Part shown: positions 25,201 to 40,016 of the stretch, one piece after another
How positions within the stretch are numbered: position 1 is the stretch's first letter
Layout: every line of letters starts with the position of its first letter
NCBI RefSeq assembly: GCF_009914755.1
Contig: NC_060948.1
From: the human T2T-CHM13v2.0 reference genome, Homo sapiens
Length of the DNA: 64,000 nt
Direction: 5' to 3' (one strand)
The notes under the pieces: model-generated
Databases searched by the model: none
What the model was told of the DNA's origin: nothing
Seen by the model: the letters and a program-made list of their open reading frames with translations, nothing else
Made by a program: the position numbers and the translations under genes

Positions 25201-27412
25201 AGAAGAGGAGCACATCAAACCCAGGAACAGAAATATTTCACTGCTTTATTCTCCAGTGTACATCCCATGGAGAAACACTAGCAGTCCAGTCCTCAGGGCC
25301 CCTTGAATTTACTTCATATTCAGTTCCTAGCTGAGCAGGACCTTCACGTCACTCCTTCATTGTCTTGGAATTTCATTTTGGGACAGATACTTTGAGCAGC
25401 CATAACATCAGATAAAGGTGAGGATACAAGCTGGTGAGGGGTGGATGCGGTCCCACACATTCACCTGCAAAAAATGTGAAGATAGATGTCACAGAATGTG
25501 CTTCCAACTGTATCCCCACATTTCCTTAATTACACAAGCAAGTCCATACCATGGCCTGGTGTACAGTTGAGAGCACCACAATGTGCAGGGAATGTTTGGA
25601 GTGCAAACTGGAGCCATCCTGGCAAACTCCCTATTTGAGGACTATCATACCAGGAGCTAAATGGAAGTGAGATCATTTCACGTGAGGTTTGATGTGGCCA
25701 CCACACTTGTCTCTTTTTTCCTGACTTCCATGTACCTCATCGGCCTAAGTTCTCCTGGGCCTGGCTCCACATCTTCCACGTTAACCATTTACCACTTCAC
25801 GGAAGATGACCCTCAAAGTAATCCATTTCATGAGTGTTTTCTTTTAAACACTGTCAGATTTTAATGACTAGGCAGTTTCGATAGTTTTAAAACTAAATTT
25901 CTGTAACAGTAGCCAACAAAGAAACTCTTGTTATCCAGCTTTTATCAGAGGGCTGCTTGATACCTGTAGGAGAAGCAGGCAGCTGTACCTGGCTTTTGCC
26001 TGGGAATTTAGGCTCTGTTTCATTTCATCTGCTTGTCTTGTTTCATTGTGGAGGGCTCTTTCATCGGGCTGTTGTTGGATGAGGCTACCTCTCACCACAG
26101 AATTATTGGCTTCCAGGGATTTCAGAGAGCAAAAGGGACTTTGGGTAGGCTGACTGCACTTTAGGTTTGGGGTCATGGTTTACTTGTGGGGGCTGAGATT
26201 GTTTGCACTTTTCAAGAGGCTTTTGGGTCCTGTGACAGAAATCTCTAAACGTGGCTTGGACTACAGCACATGGCAGCTCATTCTCTCATGTGAGCCTTGA
26301 TTTTCCTTTGCTTTCATGGGGGGTCCACAGTGCCCTTCAATAGCACTACCTGACAAACATTTCAGGATTGCAATTGTCACAGATGTCCTCTGAGACACTG
26401 TCTCATCCTCACCTGCACCTGTGGGAGTCCACTTAGAGCTGTGAGAATACTGCTCCACCTTGGACTTGCCTTTGTCATGGTTCCTCCATTTCACCAAGAG
26501 CCCCTGCAAGACTCAGGATGAATGGAGGCAGTGAGGTTAAGAACCTGGCCATATTTCACTGTCACCCACCTCTGGAGTCACAGGTATGATTCTATCACCC
26601 AAAGAACCCTCCACAACTCACCAGACAACATTCCAGTCCCCCTGGGACTCAATTCTTGCACACAGCCTCTTTCAGGAATAAAGTCAGAAGAGCAGTTCTC
26701 AGAGACCCCATCACAGTCTAGACATCTCCTCCTCCAGTGGGAACAGATCACGGGTACAGCTGAAAGGGGCCCCAAGTATGAGACTTTTAGGGTTCCACAG
26801 TGGGTTATTGCATACAGCATTTTTTTTTCCCAGTACCAGGCCCACTCTTGCCTGTACCATTTTCCTCGGCTTAGGCTGGCTGACAGCTCTGACTGCCGAG
26901 TGCCAAGCCCACTGGTGAATGCACATGTGCTAGTCTCAGGGCACCAGGCCTGAGCTGTGAGCTCTGGCTAGCCTCACCATGAATGCCACAATTCCCTGAG
27001 GCTTGGCTGAGAAGGAGACCTCTGTGGAGGTGCATCAGCCAAGGAATCTTGCCTGTCTTCTTTGTGGGATACACAGGATAGTCTCATGATCCTAGGAGAG
27101 AACAGACGTGAGCTAGCCAGAAGATATGTCAAGCCAAGCCCCAGGAATAAACCGCAAAATCTGTAAGGTTCCAAAAGGATCTGCAGGATGCCTCAGGCCT
27201 GCCTACACATGTAGAGGTGAATCTTTATGAAACTGACACTGCTATGATTTCTAGGTGCACCCCGCTTGTGTTCCCCAGAGTTGCTGTCTCCCACGTAAGT
27301 CTTCCTGCAGAACCATACAGCCTCAGAAACTGCTGGGTGGTGTGTTTCTGTAAAATTATTGTGAGTCTTTGATGTCTGTGTATGGGTGTGGCTTTTTTTA
27401 GCACTGTGTGTT

Positions 27413-27414
<2 letters not shown>

Positions 27415-27452
<38 letters not shown>
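27415..27452 (+). repeat. (TG)19 microsatellite
   Basis: Perfect dinucleotide run within the unit's TG-rich block. Confidence 0.9.
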
Positions 27453-27455
<3 letters not shown>

Positions 27456-30400
27456 ACCTGTAAGTGAAGTCTGCTTAAAGGAATGTGGCTAATGCGCTGC
27501 AGCACTATTTTTTTTTTTAAGTCTCCCAACCTTTGGGTCACATGCCTGTGTGGCTCTGCTTAAGCTGCAGGGCTCTGTGTTTTTTAATTTTCTCTGGATC
27601 ATGAATCCAAAGTGTACTGGGAGGCTGGCTGTGAGACACCAAGGTCCACATCACCTCTGCCTGCCAAAAAAAGCTGCTCTTCTAGAAAGAAAAGGAGCAC
27701 AACACACGCAATAACAGACATCCTTCAGTATTCCATTGTCCAGTGGTCATCCCAGGAAGAAACACTAGCATTCATGTCCTCAGGGCCCTTGAATTTACCT
27801 TGAATTCAGTTCATAACTGAGCAGTTTCTTCAGATCCTGAGAAGGCACTCCTAGATCATCTTGGGATTTCATTTAGGGAAAGAGAACATGAACAGCAATA
27901 AGGTCAGAAGGGGTAAGGATGCAATCTGGTGAGAAGTGGGTGGGGTCCCACACTTCCAATTGCAAAAAATGTGAAGACAGATGACAGAGAAAGTGATTCC
28001 AACTGCATTCTCAAATTTCCTTAATTACGCAAGTAGTCCACACTATGGCCTGATGTTCAGGTGGGAGTACTCCAATGTGCAGAGAACATTTGAAATGCAA
28101 ACCGGGCCATCCTGGCAAACTCCCAATTTGAGGGCTTTCATACTCTGCTCCAAATGAAAGTGAGACCTATAGATACAACGTGGGATGTGACCTCCACACT
28201 TGCCTCTTCTTTTCATGTCTTCCATATTCCTTGTCAGCCTGGGGTTTCCTGGATCTGGCTCAACATCTTCCCAGATGGCTCAACGGTAAAGGTTTTCCAG
28301 TGTTTCCTTCTAAACACTGTCACGTTTTAATGACTGGGCAGCTGTGATAATTTTAAAACCATAAACTCCTTTTACAGCTGCCAACAAGGAAACTCTTGCT
28401 CTCCAAATTTTATTGGAGTGCTGCATGATTCCTGTAGGAAGAGAAGCAGGCAGCGATGTTTGGCTTTTTTCTGGTAATCTACACTGTGTTTCATTGCATC
28501 TGCACATCCTTTCTCATTGTGGAGGTGGTCTTTCATTGGGCTGTTGCTGGATGGGGCTGCCTCTTACAACAGATCTATGGGCTGCCAGGGATTTCAGTGA
28601 GCAAAATGGACTCTGGGTAGGTTTAGTGCCTCTCCAGGTTGTGGGTCGCTGTCTCGTTATGGGTTGTTTGCACTTTGAAGGAGGCTTTTGAGTTCTCTGA
28701 CAGGAATTTTTGAATATTGCTTAGATTCCAGCACAAGCCATCTTTTTCTCACACACACACCTTGATTTTTCTTTGCTTTCCTGGGAAGTCCACAGTGCCC
28801 CTCAACAGCACTACTGGACACCCTTTTCTGGCTTGCCATGGCCACAGATGGCCTCTGAGATACTGTCTCAACCTTATCTGTACCCATGAGAGGCCAGTTT
28901 GAGGTTTGAGAACACTGCTCCATTTTGGACTTGCCTTTGTCTTGGTTCCTGTGCTTCACAGAGAGACCCTGCGAGGTCCAGAATGATGGGAGACAGTGAG
29001 GTTAAGGGCCCAACCATCATTCATAGACACCCAATTCTAGGGTCTCAGGTATAATTCCATCACCCAAACACCCCTCCTCAACTCACCAGACTACATTCCA
29101 ATCCCCATAAGACCTGATTCTTGCACACAGCCTCTTTCGGAAAGGGAGTCAGAAGAGCAGTTTTTAGCGACCACCTCACAGTCTCTAAATGCCTCCTACT
29201 CCTGTGGGAACTGAACACAGAGACAGCCCGAAGTGACCCTAATTTCGAGCCTTGTAGGGTCCCGCAGTGTGTTATCACAGGCAGCCTATTTCCCATTACC
29301 AGCTGGCTCTACCTGTACCATTTTCTTCTGCTTCCACAGGCTGACAGCTGTGAAAGCCAGGCCACTGAGCATGCCCTCAAATGCGCATGAGCTAGTCTCC
29401 AGGCACCAGGCCTGATTGTGAGCTCTAGCTAGCATCACAATGAATGTCACCCTTACACAGCTACAAGTCCCAGCTGCTTGGCCAAGAAGGAGACCTCCAT
29501 AGAGGTGCCTTGTGGTGGACTCTTGCTTGTCTTCTCTGGGGGATCCACAGGATAGATCCATGTTCCTAGGAGAGGGCAGACGTGAGCCAGCGTGAAGAAA
29601 CTTCAAGCAGAGCCCAAGGAATAAACTGCAAAGTCCCTAAGGTTACAAAAGCATCTGCAGGATTTCTCAGGCCTGCCTAGATGTAGGGTTGAGTCTTTTT
29701 GAAACTCACCCAACTGTGATTTCTAGGTAGATCCCACTGTGTTTGCCGGGGTTTCTCTCTCCCAGGTGGGGATTTCTGCAGAAACACACAGCCTCAGAAG
29801 CTGCCAGGCTCTGTTTCTGAGGGAGTGTTAAAAGGGTTGGATGTCTGGGTGTGGTGTGGCTTTTTGGCTTTGTGTGTTTTTGTGTGTGTGTGCGTGCGTG
29901 CACACACGCATGCACCTGTTAGTGGAATCTGCTTAAAGGGATGTGGATAACACACTGCAGAGCTTCTTTTATTTGAGACTTCCAACATTTTGTTTGCCCA
30001 TCTGTGTGGCTCTGCTTGGTCTGGAGGCCTCCCTGTTCTTTATTTTTCTGTGAATTATGAACCTGCGGTGAATTGCAAGGCTGGCTGTGACACGCGGGGT
30101 CCTCATAACCAACCGCTGGAAAAAAACAAAGCCACCCTCTAGAAAGATGAGCAGCACACCACAGCCAAGAACAGAAATCCTTCAGTGTGTCATTTTTCTG
30201 TGGCCATCCCAGGGAGAAACACTAGCAGTCCTGCCCACAGGGCCCCACGAATTTACCTCAATTTTGGTTCATAGCCGAGCAGATACTTCCCATCATCAGG
30301 ATTCACTCCTCCATCACCTTGAGATTTCATCCTGGGACATACAGTGTGAGTAGCAATAAGGTCAGATAGCGTGAGGATACAATCTGATGAGGGGTGGATG

Positions 30401-33400
30401 GGGTCCCACACCTTCACCTGCAAAAGTATAAAGACAGATGACACAAAACGTGCTTCAAACAGCATTCCCACATTTCCTTAATTGCACAAGCAGTCCACAA
30501 CTTGGCCCAGTGTTTAGTTGGGAGTACTCCAATGTGCAGGGAATATTTGGAGTACAAACTGCGGCCACCCTGGCCAACTATCGATTTGAGGGCTTTCATA
30601 GGCAGAACAAAATGGCAGTGAGATTGATTGATACAAGGTGGGATGTGGCCTCCACACTTGCCTTTTCATATCCTGACATACGTGTGCCTCATCATCCTAT
30701 GGATTCTTGGGTATGGCTCAATGTCTTCCATGCTAAACATTTCCCAGTTCATGGAAGTTGACCCTCAGGGGAATACATTGAGTGAGTGTTTCCTTCTAAA
30801 CACTGTCACATTTCAATGACTGGGCAGCTGTGATAATTTTAAAATAGTAACTTCCTGTTACTGCTGCCAACAAGGAAACTCTTGTTCTCTAGGTTTTATC
30901 GAAAGGTTAAGCAGGCAGCCGTGTCTGTATTTCACCTGGTAATACCGGCTCTGTTTCATTTTATCTGCACATCCTTTCTCATTGTGTAGGGGGTCTTTTA
31001 TAGGGCTGTTGGTGGATGGGGCTACTTCTCACCACAAATTTATTGGCTGACAGGGATATCAAGGAGCACAAGGGACTTCAGGCAGGCTGGCCGCATCCCA
31101 GGTTCTGTGTCTTGGTCTCATTTTGTGGGATGAGGTTGTTTGCACTTTGCAGGAGGTTTCAGGGCCCTCTGACAGGAATCTTTGAACATTGCTTGGACTC
31201 CAGCCCAAGGCAGCTCTTTCTCTCATACGAGCTTTGATTTTTTTGCTTTCATGCCAGTCACTAGCACTACTGGACACCCTTTTCAGGGTTACAATCACCA
31301 AAGACAGCCTCTGAGACACTGTCTCAACCTCATCTGCCCCTGTAAGAGGCCAGTTTGAGGTGTGGTTCCCGCTTACCCGAGAGAGATCCTATGAGGCCAA
31401 GAATGAAGGGAGGCACTGAGGTTAAGGCCCTGGTCATTTTTAATTGACACCCATCTCTGGGGTATCAGGTAGGATTCTATCACCCAAAGACCCCTAAACA
31501 ATGCACCAGACTACATTCCAATCCCCATGGTACCCAATTCTTGCACACAGCCTCTTTCGGGAATGGAGTCACAAGAGCAGTTTTTCACGACAAACTCACA
31601 GTCTAAAAATAGAAATGCATTCTCATCCTGCGGGACCCAGCATCAAAGATGGCCAAAGGGGCACTAAGGATGAGACTTTTAGGGTCCCAGAGTGGGTTAT
31701 CACAGGTGGCATTTTCCTGGATAACTTTCTGGCTCTGCATGTATCATTTTCCTCTGCTTAGGCAGGCTGACAGCTCTAACAGCAGGGCCTGAAAATGCGC
31801 ATGCTGTAGTCTTGAGGCACCAGGCCTGACTGTGAGCTCTAACTAGTGCCACAATGAATTTCACCATTGCCTAGTGACAATTTCTGCATCTTGGCAAAGA
31901 AGGAGATGTCCGTGGAGGTGTATCAGTCATGAATTCTCACCTGCCTTCTATGTGTGATCCACAGGATTGTCCCATGAGCCTAGGAGAGGGCAGATGTAAG
32001 CCAGCCTGTAGTAGCATCAAGAAGAGGCCCAGGAATAAACCACAATATTTCTCAGGATCCAGAAACATCTGCAACATTTTTCAGATGTGTCTAGACATTG
32101 TAGAGGTGAGTCTTTTTGAAACTTGCCCTATTGTGATTTCTAGGTACAGCCTGCCTGTGTTCCCCCAGGGTTGCTCTCTCCCAGGTGGGGTTACCTTCAG
32201 AACCAAGCAGCCTCAGGAGCTGCTGGGCTGTGTGTTTTTGTGACAGTGTTGTGAGTGTTGGATGTCTCTGTGTGTGTGTAGCATTGTGTGTTTCTCTGTG
32301 TGTGTTTGTGTGTGTATGTGTGCCTGTAAAGGGAGTCTTCTTAAAGCAATGTGGCTAACATACTTCAGTGTTATTATTATTATTGTTATTTTGAGTCTTC
32401 CAACCTTTTGGTGGCCTGTCTGTGTGGCTCTTCCTGGGCTGCAAAGCTTCATGTTCTTTATTTTTCTGTGAATTATGAATCCGACATGAATTGGGAGGTG
32501 GGCTGAGTCCCACTGGTGTCCAAATCACCTCCCCCTGCAGAAAAACCCACACTTCTAGAAAGAAGATGAGCACACCACATCAAAAAAACAAACAAACAAA
32601 AAACTCCCCCACAAACAGACATTTTTTGGTGTTTCATTGTCCTGCAGCTAAACAGGGGGAGACACTAGCAGTCCTGTGCAGAGGGCCACTTGAACTCACC
32701 TTGAATTCAGTTCCAAGCCTAGCAGGTGCTTCACATCATGAGGGGACACTCCTCCACCATGCTAGGATTTTATCCTGGGACATAGAGTGTGAGCAGCAGT
32801 AAGGTCAGATACAGGTGAAGATACAATCTAGTGAAAGGTGGTTGGGGCCCTGTAACTTCACCTGCAATAAAAATAAAGTCAGATGACACAGAAAGTGTTT
32901 CCAACTCCATCCACACATTCCCTTAATTGCAGAAGCAGTCCACACAATGGCATGGTGTTAAGGTGGGAATACTGCAACATACAATGGACATTTGGAGGGC
33001 AAATTGGGGCCATCCTGGCAAACTGCCGATTTGTGGGCTTTCATATTCAGAGATCAATAAGAGTGGAATGGATTGATGCTGGGTGGGATGTGGCCTCCAC
33101 ATTTTCCTCTTCTTCTTCTGACTTCTATATTCCTCACCTGCCTAGAGTTTCCTGTGTCTGGCTCAACCACTTCCACACTAAAGCTTTCCCAGTTCACAGA
33201 GTGTTTCCTTCTAAACACTGTCACCTTTTAATGACTGGGTAGCTTTGATATTTTAAAACTGAAAATTCCCATTACTGCTGCCAAAATAAACTCTTTTTCT
33301 CCCACTTCTTTCAAATGGCTGCATAATACCTGTAGGATGAACAGCCTTGTCTGGCCTTTGCCTGGTAATCTAGCCTCTGTTTCATTTCATCTGGATGGCC

Positions 33401-34839
33401 TTTTCATTGTGGAGGGGCACTTTCACTGGGCTGTTGCTGGATGTGACTGCCTTTTGCCACAGATTATTTAGCTGCCAGAGATTTTAGAGGGCAAAAGGGA
33501 CTTCGGGCAGGCTCCTGCCATCCAGGTTATGGGTCGTTGCCTTATTGGGGGGCTAAGGTTGTTTGCACTTTGCAGGGGGCTTTTAGGTCCTCTGATAAGA
33601 ATCACTGAACATTGCTTGGACTCCAGCACAAAGCATCGCATTCTGTCAGACATGTCTTGATTTTTCTTTGCTTTCATGGGTAATTCACAGTGAATCTCAA
33701 CGGCACTAATATTCACCTTTTTTAGGTTTGCCATCACCACAGATGGCCTCAGAGACACTGTCTCAACCTCGTCTGTGCCCGTTGGAGGCCAGTCTGAGGT
33801 GTGAGAACACTGCTTCACCTTGTAGTTGCCTTTGTCATTGTAACTGCCTTTCCCAGAGAGCCCCTGTTAGGCCCAAGATGAAGGGAGGCAGTGAGATCAA
33901 GATCTCAGCCATCTTTTGCTGACACAAGCCTCTGGGGTTGTGTCAGCAAAATAATCCTTGACAACACACCAGACTATACTGCAATCCCCATGTGACCTGA
34001 TTCTTGCACACACACATTCTTATTTGGGAATGCAGTCAGAGAAGCAGTTTGCAGCGACTATCTCCCAGTCTCAAAATGCCTCCTCCTCCGATGAAAAACT
34101 GACCACAGAGACAGCCTGAAGGGGCTCTGATGTAGAGACTTTTAGGGTCCCGCAGTGGGTTTTTGCAGTCATATTTTTTCCGATACCAGGCTGGCTCTGC
34201 CTGTATTATTTTTCTCTCCTTAAGCAGACTGACTGCTGTGACAAATAGGCACCTGAGCCTGCTTCACGAATGCACATACACTAGTCTCAGGGCACCAGGA
34301 CTGATTGTGAGACCTTGCTAGCATCACAATGACTGTGGCTGCTGCATAGTGAGAAGTCCCTGTGGCTTGGCAGAGAAAGAGACCTTTGTGGAGGTGCATC
34401 AGTGTTGAACTCTCACCTCTCTTCTCTGTGAGATACATGGCATAGTCCCATGATCCTAGGAGAGGGCAGACTTCAGCCAGCCTGAAGAAATGTCAAGCTC
34501 AGCCCCAGGAATAAACCACAAAATCCCTAAGATCCAAAAGGATCTGCAGAATTCCTCAGGCCTGCTAGACATTGTAGGGGTGAATCTTCTTGAAACTTGC
34601 CCCACTATGATATCTAGGTACATCCCGCCTGTGTTCACTGGGGTTGCTCTCTCCCAGGTGGGACATCCTGCAGAATCACACAGCTTCAGGTGCTGCCAGG
34701 ATATTTCTTTCTGTGGGATTGTTGTGACTGTTGGATGTCTGTGTTCGTGTGTGGCACTGTGTGTGTTTTGTATTTGTGTGTGCCCGTTAGTGGAGTCTGC
34801 TTAAATGCTTAAAAGAATGTGGCTAACACACGTCAGTGC

Positions 34840-34870
<31 letters not shown>

Positions 34871-37800
34871 GACTGTAACCCTTTTGTGGGCACCCTATAT
34901 GGCTTTGCTTGGGCTGCGGGACCTCATGTTCTTGATTTTTCTGTGGATCATGAATCCACTGTGAATTGGGAGGCATGCCAAGACCTGCCGGCATCCAAAT
35001 CAACTCCCCCTGCAAAAGAAAAGCCACTCTTCTAGAAAGAAGAGGAACACACCCCACCAAAAAACAGACATCTTCCTGTATTTTATTGTCCTGCAGCCAT
35101 CTCAGAGAGAGACACTAGCAATCCTGTCCACTGGACCCCTGGAATTTACCTCAAATTAGATTCCTATCTGAGCAGGTACTTTACATCATGAGGGGACCCT
35201 CCTCCATCATCTTAGGATTTCATCCTGGGACATACAGTGTAAGAAGCAATACAGTCAGATGGGGTGAGGATACAATCTGGTGAGAGATGGATTGGGTCCT
35301 ACAACTTCACCTGCAACACTGAGAAAGACAGATGACACAGAAGGTGCTTCCAACACCATTCGCACATTCCTTTAATTGCACAAGCAGTCCATACAATGGC
35401 CCGATGTTGAGGTGGGAGTACTCCAACACGCCAAAAACATTTGGTGTGCAAATTGGGTCCATCCTGGCTAACTCCTGATTTGATGGCTTTCATACCCAGA
35501 GTCAAACGGGAGTGCAACGGAATGACGCTGTGTGGGATGTGGCCTCCACACTTTCCTCTTTGTTTCTGACTTCCATTTTTCTCATCGGTCTAGGGTTTCC
35601 TGAGTTTGGCTCAATGAATTCCACACTAAACATTTCCCAGTTCATGAAAATCTGCCCTCATGGGAATCCATTGTGTGAGTGTTTCCTTCTAAACTCTGTC
35701 ACATTTTAATGAATGGATCTCATTGATACTGTTAAAAGCATAAATTCCTGTTACAGCCTCCAAAAAGAAATTTTAGTTCTCTCACTTCCATTGCACAGCT
35801 GCATGATTCCTGTAGGATGAGAAGCTGGAAGCCATGCCTGGCTTTTGCCTATTAATCTAGCCTCTTATTTCTTTCATCTTCATGGCCTTCTCATTCTGGA
35901 AGGGCTCTATCATTGGGCTGCTGCTGGATGGGACTGACTCTCACCACAGGTTATTTAGATGCTAGGGATTTCAGAGGGCCAAATGGACTTTGGGTAGGCT
36001 GGCTGCATTATAGATACTTGGTCATTGTCTCTTTGTGGGGGTTAAGGATGTTTGCACTTTGCAGGAGGCCTGTGGATCCTCTGACAGGATTCAGTGAACA
36101 TTGCTTGGGTTCCAGCATAAAGCAGCTCATTCTCTCAAGTGAGCCTTGATTTTTCAAGGCTTTCATGGGGCATCCACTCTTCCTTGTCAACAGCACTGAA
36201 ACACCCATTTCACACTTGCGTCTCCACAGAGGGTCTCTGAGACACAGTCTCAACCTCATCTGCACCAAGAGAGGACAGTATGAGGTGTGAGAACACTGCT
36301 TCACCTTGGAATTGCCTTTTTATTGGTTCCTGCCTTTCCTAGAGAGGTCCTTCAAAACCCAGGATGAGGGAGGCAGTGAGATCAAGAGCCCAGCCATCTT
36401 TCACTGACACTTACCTCTAGGGTCTCAGGTATGATTCTATCATCTAAAGTACCCTCAAAAACACTCCAGACTATATTACAATCCCTATGGGACCTGATTC
36501 TTGCACACACCGTCTTTCAGAAATTGAGTCAGAAGACCAGTTTCCAGAGCCACCTCACAGTCTTGAATGGCCTCTTCCTCCAGCAAGAGGAGAGTGCCTG
36601 GATAGGCACTGAGTTTGAGACTTTTAGGGTCCCACTGTGGGTTTTCTCAGGCAGCATTTTTTGAGATACCGGGCCAGTTCTTTTTGTACCATTACCCTGA
36701 GCCTAGGCAGGGTAACAGCTCTAACAGCTGCACACTCGAACCTGCCCAGTGAATGCACATTGGCTAGTCTCAAGGCACCAGTCCTGACTGTGAGTTCTGG
36801 CTAGCTTCACAATGAACATCACCATTGCAAAGCGACATGACCCTGTATCTTGGCAGAAAAGGAGACCTCCATGGACGTGCATCGGTGGTGGACTCTTGCC
36901 TTTCTTCTCTGTGGGATCAATGCAATAGTCCCATGATCTTAGGATAGGGCAGACATAAGGCATTTTGAAGATACATCAAGTACAGTTCTGGGAATAAACC
37001 GCAAAATTTCTAATGATCCAAAAAGATCTGCAGGACTCCTCAGCCCTGCCTAGACGTTGTAGGGGTGAGTCATTTTGAAACTTGCTGCACTGTGATTTCT
37101 AGGTAAAATCTGCCTGTTTTCGCCAGGGTTGCTGTGTCTCAGGTGAAGCTTCCTGCAGAATCATGCAGCCTCAGGAGCTGCCAAACTGTGCATTTCTTGG
37201 AAATGTTGTGAGTGTTGGATGTCTGCATGTGAGTGTGACATTGTCTGTGTGTGCCTGTAAGTGGAGTCTGCTTAAAGGAATGTGCTAATGCACTTCAGCC
37301 TTTTTTTTTTTTTTTTTTTTTTGAGTCTCATGACCTATTTTTGGTCTGTGTGGTTTACATGGGCTGCAGAGCTCCATGTTGTTTATTTTCATGTGGATCA
37401 TGACCCATCAGTGAACTGGGAGGCACGCCAAAATGCACCAACCTCCAAGTCACCACCCCCTGCAAAAAAGCCACTCTTCTAGACAGAAGAGGAGCACACC
37501 ATACACACACAAAAAAACAGACATATCCCAGTATTTTATAGTCCTGCAACCACCTCAGGGAGAGACACTAGCAGTCCTGTAAACAAGGCCCCTTAAATTT
37601 ACCTTGAATTCAGTTCCCAGCTGAGCAGATGCTTCCTGTCATGAGGGGCACTCTTACATTGACTTGGGATTTCATCCTGTGAAATAGAGTGTGAGGAGCA
37701 GTATGGTCAGATAGGGGTGAGGATACAATCTGGTGAGGGATGGGTGGGGTCCCACAACTTCACCTGAAAAAAAAATGAAGACAGATGACACAGAAGGTGC

Positions 37801-39801
37801 TTCCAACTCCATCCCTGCATTCCTTTAATTACAAAAGCAGTCCACACCATGACCCGGTGTTCAGGTGGGAGTACTCCAACATGCAAGGAACATTTGGAGT
37901 AGAAATTGGAGCAATCCAAGCAAACTCACGATTTGAGAGTTTTCATATTCAGAGACAAATGGGAGTGGAATGGATTGATGCTGGCTGTGATGTGGCCTTT
38001 ACACTTGCCTCTTCCTATATTGACATCCGTGTTCTTCATTGGATTAGGGTTTTCTGGGTCTGGCTCAGTGACTTCTACAACAAATGTTTTCCATTTCACG
38101 GAGAAAGATCCTCATGAGAATCCATTGCATGGGTGTTTTCTTCTAACCACTGTCAGGTTTTAATGACTGGGAAGCTTTGACATTGTTAAAACTGTAAATT
38201 CCCATTACTGCCACCAACAAGAAAACTTTTGTTCTCCCATATCTACCAGGGGGCTGCATGATTCTTGCAGGATGAAAAGCACACAGATGTGTCAATTTTT
38301 CCTGGTAATCTAGCCTCTATTTCATTTCATCTGCATGGCATTCTCACTGTGAAGGGTCTTTTTCATTGGGCTGTTGCTGGATGGGACTGCCTCTAGCTAC
38401 AGATTATTTAGCTGCCAGGGATTTCAGAGAGCAAAAGGGTCATCAAGTAGTCTGGCTGCATTCCATGTCATTGGTTGTGGGGGCTCAGAATGTTTGCACT
38501 ATGCAGGATGCTTTTGGGTTCTTTGACAGGACTCACTGAACATTGCATAGACTCCAGCACAAGGTAGCTCATTCTCTCAGGCAAGCCTTGGGTTTTCTTC
38601 GTTTTCATGGGGAATCCACATTGCCCCTTAACAGCACTACTGGACACCATTTTCAGGCTGGCCATCCCAACAAACGGCCTCTGAGACACTGTTTCAACCT
38701 CATCTGCACCCAAGAGAGGGCAGTACAAGGTGGGAGAACAGTGATCCAACTCTGACTTGCCTTTGTTGTAGTTTCTGCCTTTCCTAGAGAGCCCCTGTGA
38801 GGTCAAAGTTGAAGGAAGGCAGTGAGGTCAAGAGTCTGGCCATCTTTTCATGATATCCACTTCTGGGGTCTCAGGTATGATTCTATCACACAAAGAACCC
38901 TCAACAACACACCAGTCTATATTTTAATCCCCATGGTACTCAATTCTTGCACACAGCCTTTTTCCAGAATGAAATCTGAAGAGCAGTTTCTAGAAACTAT
39001 CTCACAGTCACAAAATGCCTCCTCCTCCAGTGGAAGTCGACCACCACGATGGCCTGGAGGGTCCCTGAGGTTGGGAGTTTTAGGACCTTGCAGTCTTTTT
39101 CACAGGCAGCCTTTTTCACAGGCAGCCTTTTTCCTGATACCAGGCCAACTCTGCCTGTAGCATTATTGTCTACTTAGGCAGGCTGATAGCTCTGACAGCC
39201 ATGCTCCCCAGCTTGCCTCATGAATGTGCATGCACTAGCCTCAGGGCACTAGGCCTCATTGTGAACTCTGGCTTGCCTCAGTATAAATGTCACCATTATC
39301 TAGCAATAAGTCCCTTTGTCTCGGCAAAGGAGAATTCTGTGGAGGTGTGTCAGTGGTGAACTCTCAACTGTCTTCTCTGTGGGATCCATAGATAGTCCCA
39401 TGATCTTAGGAGAGGGCATATGTGAGCCAGCCTGAAGAAACATCAAATACAGCTCCAGGAATAAACCACAAAATCCCTAAGGATCCAAAAGGATCTACAG
39501 GATTCCTCCAGCCTGCCTAGACATTGTAGGGGTGAGTCCTCTTGAAACTTGCCCCACTGTGATTTTTAAGTACAGGCCCCCTGTGTTCACCAGGGTGGCT
39601 CTCTCCAGGTGGGGCTTCTTGTAGAACCACACAGCCTCAGGAGCTCCTGGACTGTGTGTTTCTGTGGGAGTGTTGTGAGTGTTGAATATCTGTGTGTTTG
39701 ATGTCTGTGTGTCTGTGTGGCATTGGGTGTGTGTGTGTGTTTCTGTGTGTGTGACTGTAAGTGCAGTCTGCTTATAACAATGTGGCTAACACACTACAGC
39801 A

Positions 39802-39929
39802 TCTCTCTCTCTCCCTTACTTCTTTCCTTCCTTCTTTCCTTCCTTCCTTCCTTCCTTCCTTCCTTCCTCCCTCCCTCCCTCCCTCCCTCCCTCCCTCCCT
39901 CTCTCTCTCTCTCTGTCTCTCTTTCTTTT

Positions 39930-40005
<76 letters not shown>

Positions 40006-40016
40006 TCCTTCTTTCT
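39802..40016 (+). repeat. Compound STR (CCTT)n(CCCT)n(CT)n(CTTT)~19
   Basis: Pure pyrimidine tract with an uninterrupted CTTT run at 39931-40006. It is the source of the low-complexity ORFs at 39717-40163. Confidence 0.95.
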
